A stretch of DNA of 63,692 nucleotides, counting the filler, from Octopus bimaculoides (lineage: Eukaryota), in assembly GCF_001194135.2 (NCBI RefSeq). It is 5 parts of 4 records of this genome, joined end to end, with 100 filler letters (N's around TTAATTAATTAA, not from the genome) between each part and the next. Parts side by side here need not be neighbours in the genome. Positions count along the whole stretch, not along the records: positions 31,393 to 51,117 come from NC_068981.1; positions 51,218 to 59,414 come from NW_026438479.1; positions 59,515 to 63,692 come from NW_026423101.1; 2 more parts are not named here. The stretch is one strand, 5' to 3'. Under the pieces are notes generated by a model, which had not been told where the DNA came from, did no database searches, and saw nothing but the letters and a program-made list of their open reading frames with translations. Positions 50,171 through 62,314 of this stretch are shown here, in pieces. How positions within the stretch are numbered: position 1 is the first letter of the stretch; every line of letters starts with the position of its first letter. The position numbers and the translations under genes were made by a program.

Positions 50171-50400
50171 GCCCTCAAGATTATCATTATTTTTTCTTTA
50201 TCACAGGTTTTATTAGAGCTTCTGGAGTCTTGTATGAGTAGCGGACTTACTACCTGCAGCCTGCGCTACCATGATATTCGTTCTTTTCAGCTATTTAATA
50301 CTTTCCCGATTATTCTGATCGTGCCAAGGAAGTAAACCTTTTGTAACAGTTCTACTGGCCACTCTATTCCGAATTCCTTTATCCTATATATTCCTCTTGA
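50170..50400 (-). mobile_element. Second, shorter HERO/R4-like 3' end in tandem, next to (AAT)n
   Basis: IKEFGIEWPVELLQKVYFLGTIRIIGKVLNS* plus 3' UTR paralogous to 49530-49690; (ATT)n at about 50406-50450. Confidence 0.75.
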
Positions 50401-50404
50401 TGTC

Positions 50405-50448
<44 letters not shown>

Positions 50449-51117
50449 TATTTTTTTTATTTTTTTTTTAAGCCAAGACGAAGAGCACGACTCGGTTGTA
50501 ATAGGTATATTATTGGTTGAACGATATTTCGACAGTAAGTCTATCTTTGTTGATTTCAAAATAAGAAGAGATAAGAATTCAAAATTATAGAAATTCAAAT
50601 CTAAAGTATGAACGAGAGAAACCAGCGTCCACACGGTGATGGAATGACATCATCAGTCGTTAAGTTTCAATTTTATAACAAAAAACAGATAGAAAAAAAA
50701 AGAGGAAAGAAAAAAAGGAACGGGAAAAGAAGAATATTTAATTAAACAATTTTGTATAAATTTGATGATATTCTCACATGAACATTTAGACAAAGTCTAT
50801 CACTCAATAGTTTACATGTTTTAAGTGAAGATTTCGAGCGAAGCCCATAAAAGAGTCAGGAATTTAATGAGAGTAAGACACTGAGAATCACTCGCCCGAG
50901 AAAATACATCACACTAGAGAATATGTCGGTCATAAATTTATCTAAACTAAAACCCTCGACCGACGATGTCTGTCTTGGAGCCTGGACTGAGTTTCTGCCC
51001 AAGCACTAAGAATTTCGACAAGAAGAAACTAGCTCCAGAGCTATTTCAGTTGGATCAACTGGAACCCGCGTTGTCGCAACCGACGGAATTCCACGATATG
51101 AGTGTGTGTATATATAT

Positions 51118-51217
51118 NNNNNNNNNNNNNNNNNNNNNNNNNNNNNNNNNNNNNNNNNNNNTTAATTAATTAANNNNNNNNNNNNNNNNNNNNNNNNNNN
51201 NNNNNNNNNNNNNNNNN
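51118..51217. other. Artificial scaffold-joining spacer
   Basis: 44 N + TTAATTAATTAA (51162-51173) + 44 N. Confidence 0.95.
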
Positions 51218-51329
51218 ATATCTTGTTCACAGCTTCGTACTCGTTAAATATTAACTCGAATAGTGACAAGAACCTGATGGCTATAGTTGATAAAAACATT
51301 TCCCCACCAACCATAAACGTAGGAAATTA

Positions 51330-51600
51330 TTCAGTGGGAATAATCTAAAGGTGAGATACAATTCCACCAGTAATATGAAGAATGTTACAATTCATAAAAC
51401 GTCCAAGACAAACGAGGCCAAGGCAGCTTGATTTGCGGATATACCGACATGTGGACAATCAATAATATATGAAATGCCGAGATAATTGTATATGAAGCGG
51501 AGTCACTTCCACTAAACTAAAATATATCGTAAAGTAGTACACAGGTACTACATAGGTATGACAGAAAGAAAGTTTAAAGTACATTGTATAAATTTCAGCT
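51330..51600 (+). mobile_element. Degenerate Penelope-like GIY-YIG endonuclease fragment
   Basis: Frameshifted IVYEA-VTSTK...YIGMTERKFKVH pattern, matching the GIY-YIG/YIG.T motif of PLEs. Confidence 0.5.
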
Positions 51601-51654
51601 ATGTTATATACAGTAATATAGTCATTTTTGTTCGTTCATCTTTGATGATTGACT

Positions 51655-51824
51655 TGTTTCAGTTTTTAAACTGTGTGGTCTTGTAGGGTTGAGTCGAACC
51701 AAACAAGCCCCTAGTTTGGTCCATATTCTTTCGGTCGCTTTTGCCAAAACCGCTTAGCTATAGGGGCGTAAACAAACCAACGCGGTTTGTCAAACACAAA
51801 TATGTATCACCCACGCACATGCAT

Positions 51825-51875
<51 letters not shown>

Positions 51876-52045
51876 TACGACGAGCTTCTTTCAGTTTCCG
51901 TCTACCAAATCCATTTTGGAGGTTTGGTCGGCCCGATGCTTTAGTAAAAGACACTTACCCAAGTTACCACGGTAAGGGCCTGAACTCGAACTCGGACCCA
52001 TGTGGTTGGGAAGCAAGCTTCTTACCACACAGCCACGCCTGTGCT
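51655..52045 (-). mobile_element. SINE family B
   Basis: CTTCTTTCAGTTTCCGTCTACCAAATCC...CTTCTTACCACACAGCCACGCCTG. Confidence 0.75.
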
Positions 52046-52804
52046 TATATAACGCATAGGTAGATAAATAAATAAATAATATGAAATAGATAATTAAACA
52101 AACAAATTCATAAATGACATCCTACATAACCTAATCCAAGCTATACAACTAGAACGACGTGGAGGTCATGGTCGGCACCCAATCAACCGTGCAAATTGTT
52201 CAATTAGGCATGGCGAGGGCTAAACGTATACATCCACCTCCACACGCAACCAGACTGATCTATGGAGTTCATCTTAATGATGTTAATTAGCTAATTACAT
52301 GGCCAGATTTCACGGGACAGTGGCGCGTTAAGTTAAATATAATGCTTACACACTGCGAAAACCTGTTAACAGCTACGCAGACTGAGCGTCTCCGTGAGAT
52401 GTATACAAAAAGGGCGGATGTATCGGAGTTAAGTCGGGGGGACGTTTTATTGTTGGGGTTTAAGGGGGATTTAGCTGTTATTTCTTGTCATTTTATATGT
52501 GTGTGTATGTTAAATTAGGATTATGTACCAATGACGATGTGTATATACGAAATGCTGTACGCAGAGATATACCTATTCGTTGATATATAATATATATATA
52601 TATATGTAGTGTAACTCATGCGCAATATATAGCATTTATATACATATGTATACACGCACATTTATCTATACAGATACACTTACATGTGTGTGTGTGTGTG
52701 TGTGTGTGTAAATATATGCATGTATTTATACAACTATGTATTTATATATCTATCTATATATATTTATATATATACATATATATATACATCTATATATATA
52801 TATC

Positions 52805-52844
<40 letters not shown>

Positions 52845-53507
52845 NNNNNNNNNNNNNNNNNNNNNNNNNNNNNNNNNNNNNNNNNNNNNNNNNNNNNNNN
52901 NNNNNNNNNNNNNNNNNNNNNNNNNNNNNNNNNNNNNNNNNNNNNNNNNNNNNNNNNNNNNNNNNNNNNNNNNNNNNNNNNNNNNNNNNNNNNNNNNNNN
53001 NNNNNNNNNNNNNNNNNNNNNNNNNNNNNNNNNNNNNNNNNNNNNNNNNNNNNNNNNNNNNNNNNNNNNNNNNNNNNNNNNNNNNNNNNNNNNNNNNNNN
53101 NNNNNNNNNNNNNNNNNNNNNNNNNNNNNNNNNNNNNNNNNNNNNNNNNNNNNNNNNNNNNNNNNNNNNNNNNNNNNNNNNNNNNNNNNNNNNNNNNNNN
53201 NNNNNNNNNNNNNNNNNNNNNNNNNNNNNNNNNNNNNNNNNNNNNNNNNNNNNNNNNNNNNNNNNNNNNNNNNNNNNNNNNNNNNNNNNNNNNNNNNNNN
53301 NNNNNNNNNNNNNNNNNNNNNNNNNNNNNNNNNGTAAATATACATCTACATATAAGTATATACCTGCACATAAATATATATATCCCTATATACACATAAA
53401 GATATGTCCCTTCATATATATATACATACATACATACATACATACATACATCAATATGTTTACACACTATATACATACGTACATGTATGTCCATATATGT
53501 GCTGGCT

Positions 53508-53725
53508 GCTATTTCTACCAGGTCTAGCTACCATGTAGAGGTCTCCCTGATTGGCTCATACATACATATATACATAGATAAGAGAGTAGGTTGTGATTTG
53601 AGGGAGATTTGGTTGCTATTTCTAGCAGATCTAGCTACCATGTAGAGGTCTCCCTCATTGGCTCATACATACATATATACATAGATAAGAGAGTAGGGTG
53701 TGATTTGAGGGCGATTTAGCTACTA
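53508..53725. repeat. 107-bp tandem duplication
   Basis: GCTATTTCTA(C/G)CAG(G/A)TCTAGCTACCATGTAGAGGTCTCCCT at 53508 and 53615, few differences. Confidence 0.9.
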
Positions 53726-55160
53726 TTCCAATATGTGTTTAAGAACCAATATGCGTTCAAGATGTTCCAATATGTGTTTAAGATCCAATATGCGTTCAAT
53801 ATGCGTTGAAGAAGTGTATAACGTGTTTAAGAATTGTTCAATATATGTTTAAGATGCATTCAATATATGTTTAAGACGTCTTCAGGATATGTTTAGGATA
53901 AGCTAGAGAGAATGGTGATAAATTACGATGAAGATGGGGTGAAATTGTGGTGTGTTTAAGATATAGAAATTATGGTGTGTTTAAGGTGTGCATAATGTGT
54001 TTAAGATGTGCTTAAGAGGTACTTAAATCGTTTAAGATGTCTAGGATAGGCTAGAACAAGAGAATTGTGAAGCATTAAGATGAAATAGAAAACGGAAAAA
54101 TTTATGATGTGTTTAAGATGTGCTTAAGTTGCGTTTAAGATATTTAGGCTATGCTAGAAAGATAAGACTATGATGCATTAAGATGAAGGAAAAAGATTGG
54201 GTGAAGTTGCGGTGTGTTTAAAATATTTAGCAGATGATGAATAGAAAGTTGTGATGCATAAAGATGAAGGGTAATTTAAGGACGAGAAGACAATGTGCTG
54301 TATTTTGTTGTTCGTTGTTTATCGAGATGGTTACGCGTTTAGGATAAGTTGCTATGAAAGAGTTGTGTTATGTTAAGAAGAAAGAAAAGTTCGGGTGATA
54401 TTGGAATGTTTTTAAGGGGTTGATAAAAAAAGATGAAGAGAAAAGTGCCAAACGTTACGACGAATGTCAAAATGAGTTCAAATTCGTGATGTAACGTAAT
54501 GCATTTAAGATGCTAACGTGTTTAGAACATTATATGTAAGGACGAAAGATAAGACGGTGCCAAGAATGTGTTTAGAATAACACAAAAATACACAGAAAAA
54601 AGTTAAAATGACAAGATAGCGACAAACATATTCTATGGTGTCCTGTGTTCAAGATGGCGACATGTTTAAGATTAGAATGCGAGATAGAACAACACAGATT
54701 GTCCAGAGTGCTTTGACTGAAAACACGATAATAATGGGACACCGTAAGGTACATGTAATATGGTAAGCTAATCTAATCTGCTCTAATCTAATCTTTATAT
54801 TTGAATTTTAATAATCCGTTTGGCTTAAGACTGTAGATGTTTACGTCTTCGTTTTTCCAGTAGAGTCGGAGAAATGAAACGTCCACACTCGTTAGGATTA
54901 TCGCCTTATTGTCCTATAATCCAGTGAGGGAGGAGGAAAATTGGCAGTGTTAGACAGAATACCGTGCGATGTTTGTCACAGTTTCGTCGGCCTTGAGTTC
55001 AAACCCTGCTGATATCAAATTTTATTTTTTATTTTTACAAGAACTGGTGAATAACGAATTAGCCGAAAAGGATTGTTTTTCGAGGAACCGTTACGACTTC
55101 TGGCGCTTGTCCTGAAACTGCCATATAGATACTTATTCATATATATATATATACATGCAT

Positions 55161-55199
<39 letters not shown>

Positions 55200-55921
55200 N
55201 NNNNNNNNNNNNNNNNNNNNNNNNNNNNNNNNNNNNNNNNNNNNNNNNNNNNNNNNNNNNNNNNNNNNNNNNNNNNNNNNNNNNNNNNNNNNNNNNNNNN
55301 NNNNNNNNNNNNNNNNNNNNNNNNNNNNNNNNNNNNNNNNNNNNNNNNNNNNNNNNNNNNNNNNNNNNNNNNNNNNNNNNNNNNNNNNNNNNNNNNNNNN
55401 NNNNNNNNNNNNNNNNNNNNNNNNNNNNNNNNNNNNNNNNNNNNNNNNNNNNNNNNNNNNNNNNNNNNNNNNNNNNNNNNNNNNNNNNNNNNNNNNNNNN
55501 NNNNNNNNNNNNNNNNNNNNNNNNNNNNNNNNNNNNNNNNNNNNNNNNNNNNNNNNNNNNNNNNNNNNNNNNNNNNNNNNNNNNNNNNNNNNNNNNNNNN
55601 NNNNNNNNNNNNNNNNNNNNNNNNNNNNNNNNNNNNNNNNNNNNNNNNNNNNNNNNNNNNNNNNNNNNNNNNNNNNNNNNNNNNNNNNNNNNNNNNNNNN
55701 NNNNNNNNNNNNNNNNNNNNNNNNNNNNNNNNNNNNNNNNNNNNNNNNNNNNNNNNNNNNNNNNNNNNNNNNNNNNNNNNNNNNNNNNNNNNNNNNNNNN
55801 NNNNNNNNNNNNNNNNNNNNNNNNNNNNNNNNNNNNNNNNNNNNNNNNNNNNNNNNNNNNNNNNNNNNNNNNNNNNNNNNNNNNNNNNNNNNNNNNNNNN
55901 NNNNNNNNNNNNNNNNNNNNN

Positions 55922-56380
55922 ATATATGGGAGAATATACAAAAAATAACAACAGACGAGGACAGGTGGTGTAAATAACAAAAGTATATATTAGTATGACG
56001 CTCGGGAATACGGAAAGTCTTTGACGTTTCGAGCTACGCTCTTCAACAGAAAGAATACGGAGACAAGGAGAAAAACACGGAGAAAAAAAATTGAATAGTG
56101 TTCAGTCAACGGTCAATCATATATATATATATGGGTACAGGACGTCACAAAACATAACATGAAATACGAAAGCAAACTTGGGTATGCGAACAACGAGAGA
56201 AACAAATGGGAAACAAGGCAAGTAACATAAAGAACGACCCTTCATCATTTGTCGGCTGTTCATCAACTCCACATTTCGAGGAATACACGACAATATGAGG
56301 ATTCGAAATACAGTTGCTCCCGCGAACCAAAATAGAATTCGGGATTTGTGGAGGGTCAAAGCTGGTAGCAAAAACAGGAC
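55922..56380 (-). mobile_element. Penelope-like terminal-repeat fragment carrying a hammerhead variant
   Basis: Homologous to 33720-33950; ends in ATTCTCCCATAT next to a (TA)n/gap. Confidence 0.55.
56018..56054 (-). ncRNA. Minimal hammerhead-like motif with variant core CUGUUGA and GUC cleavage triplet
   Basis: Minus strand: TCTTT-CTGTTGA-A-GAGC(GTA)GCTC-GAAA-CGT-C-AAAGA; perfect 5-bp stem I and 4-bp stem II. Confidence 0.65.
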
Positions 56381-56438
56381 AGTTCTTTATATACGCTATA
56401 ATACGGTATATAATATTCATATATGTGTGCATGTATAT

Positions 56439-56610
<172 letters not shown>

Positions 56611-57463
56611 ACATACATATATGTACAAACATATACGTATGTAGGTGTAAAGTATACATTTAAAGCAAAAAAAAACAAGCGAAAAATTGAAACAATTTTG
56701 TCCCTCTCCTATCTGTCTGATTGCCTCTCCCCTCCGCAAACTGATGAAAACCCATTTTACGAAGCGTCAATAATTATCGCTTCTGCCAGTTTATATAGAA
56801 AAATTACACCAAATTTGCTAACCTCGGATCGGGTCAGGAACTAAGACAGCAGATCTGTTAAAACAGCGATAAAAAAACATAAGGCGGGGGAGAAGCGTGG
56901 CTGACGCTGAAGAAACAAGGGTTGGTAATAACGGCAAATTGATGGGTCAACGGTTCAAATGAGATACCGGATAAAGGGTTATAACGGGTTTTGTTTTTTA
57001 TTATTTTTTTTTATTTTTTGTTATTTCTTTCTTTCTTTCTTTTTCTATCGTTTTCTTTTATATATTTCGTTCCTTTTTTTTTCTATTCCTTTATTGTATT
57101 TTTTATCTTATTTTCGTACTTGCTATTTGCTCTTTTTTATTTTTTCTTCTTGATATATATGTGCGTGTGCGTGTGTATGTGTGCGTGCATGTACATAGGT
57201 ATGTCTATGTGTAAGCGTATTTCGTAGAAAGAGAATGAAATAGAAACACACGGTGTGTGTATGAGTGTCTACATGTGTATGTGTGTGTGTGTGTGTTATA
57301 GGCCGATAAAATGAGCTTTTGAAGAAAGCTGAGATAAGAATGAATTGCGAATGAAAGCGAAACTAAAACCACCAAAACATCATATAAAAAAAAATTATGA
57401 TGAAAGAGAAGCGAAGAAAATAGCAATTTACAATGTGAAATGTATACGAGATGATAATGTTTC

Positions 57464-57505
<42 letters not shown>

Positions 57506-57584
57506 TCATATATATATATATATTCATATATATATATATATATATGAATATATATATTTATATATATATATGTATATATATATT

Positions 57585-57624
<40 letters not shown>

Positions 57625-57692
57625 AGTTTGTGTGTGTGTGTGTGATATATATGTATATGTGTGGGTATATGCATGTGTGCGTATATATATGC

Positions 57693-57754
<62 letters not shown>

Positions 57755-58514
57755 AGACACGTGCATATACGGGAATGTAGATATATGTATATGTACGCGT
57801 AGTTAGACATGTATGCATATGTATCTAAATTATTCGTATATATATTCACAGATAATGTATATACATCTATACTTATAAATATGTGTATGAGTATATAGGT
57901 ATATATTACATACGTATACATATCTATACATGTTGGTCAATATATATATGTATGTATGTATACATATATATATANNNNNNNNNNNNNNNNNNNNNNNNNN
58001 NNNNNNNNNNNNNNNNNNNNNNNNNNNNNNNNNNNNNNNNNNNNNNNNNNNNNNNNNNNNNNNNNNNNNNNNNNNNNNNNNNNNNNNNNNNNNNNNNNNN
58101 NNNNNNNNNNACACGAATATATATACACACAGACATATACGTAGCCTTCCCTCGTATTAACGATGCTATTCCAAAACTCTGGAGAGTGGAATATTCCCAG
58201 AACGACAAAAAAAAATAATAGCTACACTTATTCACAAATGATGTAGCAGAGCTGAGGCTACAATCTACAGACCTATATCATTTTGCTTTAGACACATCTA
58301 AGATTAAAGAATACACAGACAGAAAAAAGTATATTCGATAATCTTGAGGAAAACAAAACTTCTAACGTGATACACAGCATGGTTTTCGGACAGGGCGAGG
58401 TTTTCTGACAGAATCACTATTTCACTATTGGGCACTATCAACATATACCTTTATTCTGCTAAAGCCCTTCACAAGACATGGAATCGTTCGTCATAGATTA
58501 AAAGAACATTGGTA

Positions 58515-58817
58515 TAGGCGCAGGCGCAGGCGTGGCTTTGTAATAATAAGCTTGCTTTCCTACCATATGGCTCTGGGTTCAGTCCCACTGCGTGGCACCT
58601 TGGGCAAGAGTCTTCTACTATAGCCTCGAGCCGACCAAAGGCTTGTGACTGGATTTGATAGCCGGAAACTGAAAGAAGCACATTATATACGTATGTATAT
58701 ATATATCTACGCGTGCGTGAGTGTGTGTGCCCCCACCATCACTTGACAACCGGTGTTAGTGTGTTTACGTCCTCGTAACTCAGGATTTCTGTTAAAGAGA
58801 CCGATAGAATAAATACT
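58515..58817 (+). mobile_element. tRNA-derived SINE, family B (internal TA/TG microsatellite)
   Basis: GGCGCAGGCGTGGCT...GGGTTCAGTCCC...CCTTGGGCAAG (resembles the 5' part of the CORE-SINE domain)...GGAAACTGAAAGAAGC, then CTTGACAACC tail. Confidence 0.8.
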
Positions 58818-59389
58818 ATCAAAGTGACACTGGGGTACAAATATACGAAGCCCAGTATACCCATCATGGCTACCCATTTGATAAGGGTACACCAGACACA
58901 TGCATCACAACTATATGTGCACGACTTGGTGATTTCATATCAAGATAAACAGTGCATGATCTCACAGGTGGGGCCCAATTAGAATTTTCTTCAGGTCGAG
59001 TAGCTTATCTCCCTCAAAAGGTCGCTGAATAAGGTTTGTTTAAGGATGTTGAACGAAACACCCATGTTTCCAAAGCTGAATTATTCAAACCCTCAAAGAT
59101 TTTCTCTCAACACATGGCTCTGATGCTCCCCCACTACTTCTGCTCGTGATCAGAGATGCACATGTCGTCAGCCACCAAGGGACATGCTCAGCTAGTTACG
59201 GTCAAACAACTGACAAGCAAAATCTGTGGTGTTGGGCAGAATATTTGCTGTAGCCCATCTTTTATACCAAGACAAAACAACGTACATGATAACACTTCCA
59301 ATCAATTAAGACCAAACGCCATGAGAGCCAGTGCCCAGGTATTGCATCCGGGCATAAATGGTATATTATTATTATTATTATTATTATTA
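58818..59389 (+). repeat. About 570-bp interspersed repeat ending in (ATT)n
   Basis: Colinear with 29255-29832. Confidence 0.8.
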
Positions 59390-59414
59390 CGATTTCGTCT
59401 GCCGCTACGTTCTG

Positions 59415-59514
59415 NNNNNNNNNNNNNNNNNNNNNNNNNNNNNNNNNNNNNNNNNNNNTTAATTAATTAANNNNNNNNNNNNNNNNNNNNNNNNNNNNNN
59501 NNNNNNNNNNNNNN
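59415..59514. other. Artificial scaffold-joining spacer
   Basis: 44 N + TTAATTAATTAA (59459-59470) + 44 N. Confidence 0.95.
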
Positions 59515-60478
59515 GTCAGAAGAATGGATGCTCCTGCCTTCGTACTGCGGCAAACGTGTGGCCAGAGTGTGAGTGGGTCGGGTGCCACCCGAATTAAAGC
59601 AAGAATGGCTGATGACAGCAATAACATATAATATGAAGGATGGAAAGATTTTGAAGGATACCAGGACCCAGAAAATAAACTACTGGGGATATGGTATTGA
59701 ATTGACAATACAAGCAACTACGGAGGATTTGAACAGTGTGGTGGATGAGATTGTGTTGCCAGAAGATGTAGGATTAAGAGTCAGTGTAGAGGGAAGGCCG
59801 CCGATATGTTTCACATGTGGAGAGAGGGGCCACATGAAGGCGTGGTGCGCCCAAAGAGAACAACAAGCAGAACAGGTGGAGAGACAGGAGAGTATGGACC
59901 AGATCATGGTAACAGAAAAAAGAAAAGGAAACACAATGGATTTACTATGGTTAAAAAGAAAAGAAGGAAGTGCGGAGGAATGGGTTCTCCGCCAGAGAAG
60001 CAGAAAAAGAAGAGAGAAGAGGTGAGAAAAGAAACTGTGAAGGAGGTCAGTAAGAAGGAAGGATAAAGGGAAAGTAAAAAACAAGTGGAGTTACCAGTAA
60101 AGATACCGGTTGTTCCAGTGGAGAAAGATTCGGAAATACAAGTGCAGGAAGAAGAGTTGGAGAGATTATTTAGGATAGAGGAAGGAAAAAGAGAACAGAA
60201 AGTACAAGATAAAGGAAAGAAGATACGAGGAGGAGATGGAGTGTGGTATTATGTGACATACCCAAAGAATAAGTTTCATTCAATAGTAAGAGTGAAGGTG
60301 CCTTCATCAGTCTACGCAGAGGATATGAAGGCCATACTGACTGAAGAAGAGAACTACAGAAAGTTGACAGAGATGTGCGGGAGATAGCGTTGACCCACCA
60401 GGAGTGGAAGTGGAATTTAAGGAGTTACCACGAGTAGTGAATCTGAGTGATATTGAACCACTGATGAAGTTCTACTAA
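59515..60478 (+). pseudogene. Disrupted gag-like/ORF1 zinc-knuckle protein of a non-LTR retroelement
   Basis: SEEWMLLPSYCGKRVARV*VGRVPPE...RVSVEGRPPICFTCGERGHMKAWC (CX2CX4HX4C), Lys/Glu-rich tail; in-frame TGA at 59570 and frameshifts; last frame ends ...IEPLMKFY* near 60478. Confidence 0.75.
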
Positions 60479-60689
60479 AAAGGAAAAACAATGTATGTTA
60501 AATGATGTCATTTTTAGAAAAATAATGGTGATAAAGCAGGAAAAAACAAAAAAACAATTGTAGATAGTACATATAATGGTTCAAATGGTACCACATGGGA
60601 GTGGAGCCCGTGTGGCCATTTTCATTATTATATAATTTCATCTCATTTACATTCGTTTTATGTTTTTTGCCCCCACTGTGGTCTTGTAT

Positions 60690-60905
60690 GTCCTTGTGGT
60701 GTCCCCATCTATGTTTAGGGCTTTACGCCTAATAAAGAAATCGGTATTTCGTCCGTCTTTGTGTTCCGAGTTCAAATTCCACCGAGATCGGCTTTGGCAT
60801 TCATCCTTTCGGGGTCGATAAAATAAGTACCAGTTGAACACTGAGTTCGATCTAATCAATTTACCCCTCCCTCGAAACTGCTGGCCCTATGCCAAAATTT
60901 GAAAT
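60690..60905 (+). mobile_element. SINE family A
   Basis: GAGTTCAAATTCCACCGAGATCGGCTTTGGCATTCATCCTTTCGGGGTCGATAAAATAAGTACCAG. Confidence 0.8.
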
Positions 60906-60924
60906 CAATGTTCGATCTGTTTCA

Positions 60925-61089
60925 TTTTCAAATCGGCCAGATCAGACCTCATACCTATACTACCAGGTCATTCTAAAAATAAAGAATCGCATCACCGAAG
61001 TCTCGAAGCTACGAGATAATGCAAAATTAACTCAAACAATGTGAATAAATAAGCATTTTATTTGACAGAGGATTCTGAATGCTAAAAGG
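60925..61089 (+). mobile_element. piggyBac-like MITE, one end only
   Basis: GCCAGATCAGACCTC...TTTGACAGAGGATTCTGAATGCTAAAAGG|TTAA. Confidence 0.6.
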
Positions 61090-61344
61090 TTAAAATAATT
61101 GTCTGGCTGAAAGAACGTGACACAATGTGACAAGGTTGAATATTTAAATAACTAGTATAATCCATTCAGTTTCTTTTGAGTTTTTTTTTTTAACCGTTTC
61201 ACCCGAGGATATGGAAAATGACTTGCCCAAGAAATTAAGGAATAGAATCAAATCTCGTGTCCCTGTTGCTACCAAGCGAAACTATTACACATTCAGACAT
61301 ACTACACGTATGGTAGCTATAATATCTTAGGTTTTTAGTTGTTT

Positions 61345-61675
61345 GTCATTGGACTGTGGCCATGCTGGAGCGCCGCCTTAAAGGATTTTAGTAGAACAGT
61401 TCGATTCCAGGACATATTTCAAGTCTGGTGCTTAATCTGTTGGTCTCTGTTGCCGGACCACTGAACCGTAAACAAACCAACACTGGTTGTCAAGTGGTGG
61501 TTGGGAAGGACGAACACAAACATACGAATACGATGGTCTTCCAGCTTCCGTCTATCGAATTTACTCTCAAGGGATTGGCCGTTCCGAGATTATCGCAGAA
61601 GACACTTGTCCAAGATACCACACCATGGGATTGAACCTGAAACCACGTGGTTGCGAAACTAGCTACCTAAGTAGA
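61345..61675 (-). mobile_element. SINE family B
   Basis: GGCCATGCTGGAGCGCCGCC...GGTTGTCAAG...GAAGACACTTGTCCAAG. Confidence 0.7.
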
Positions 61676-62314
61676 CAGACGCAACTAAATTTTATGATAG
61701 GTTCTTAATTTAAGAACAGAGTGAAATTTTAAGGAAATATGGCAGTTATTTCTGACAGGATGAGCAACAGCACAGAGATCCTCTCTTGTTGGCTTGAAAT
61801 AAACTTGTCTATCGAGCTGTCCAAGATCACTAATGATTAAATAAAACGGTAATAAAAAAGGCGTGCCAGTTGGTGGTGGGGGAGCATCTTGTTTTGTGTA
61901 TCAGGTACTAGTTTGCTTAATATAATTTTTAAAGCAATAGCGTCATTTCTAAGAGATTCAGCTTCTATTTTGAGCAGATCGAACCATCATATGTTGGGTG
62001 AGAGAATAAAACCTGTTGTCTGCCAATGATCGACATTGTCCCTTGCAATTTGTATTTCATCCGGTAGTTAAACTAAGAGGAAATGCTGCGATGGATTCAT
62101 TACTGTAGCAAGGTAATTGCCGTCCGGAGTGGTGGGAGTTATTACGTAGCTAGAGATGGCGATACAAACGGTTTATATTTTTCATCGGTCAGATGTGTTG
62201 TGCATAAAAACAAGATTTATTACATATAAACTAAGAATCACAATTAAAAATATCGTTTATAAATCATTAGATATTAACGTAGAGTCAGTAGTCGCATTAC
62301 TGCGGAAATCAGAT

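Noticed and set aside
56741-56770. Further hammerhead-like strings (56741 +, 44190 -, 13750 -)
   Set aside because: Each has core mismatches plus a missing stem I or G10.1-C11.1 pair; cannot be separated from chance.
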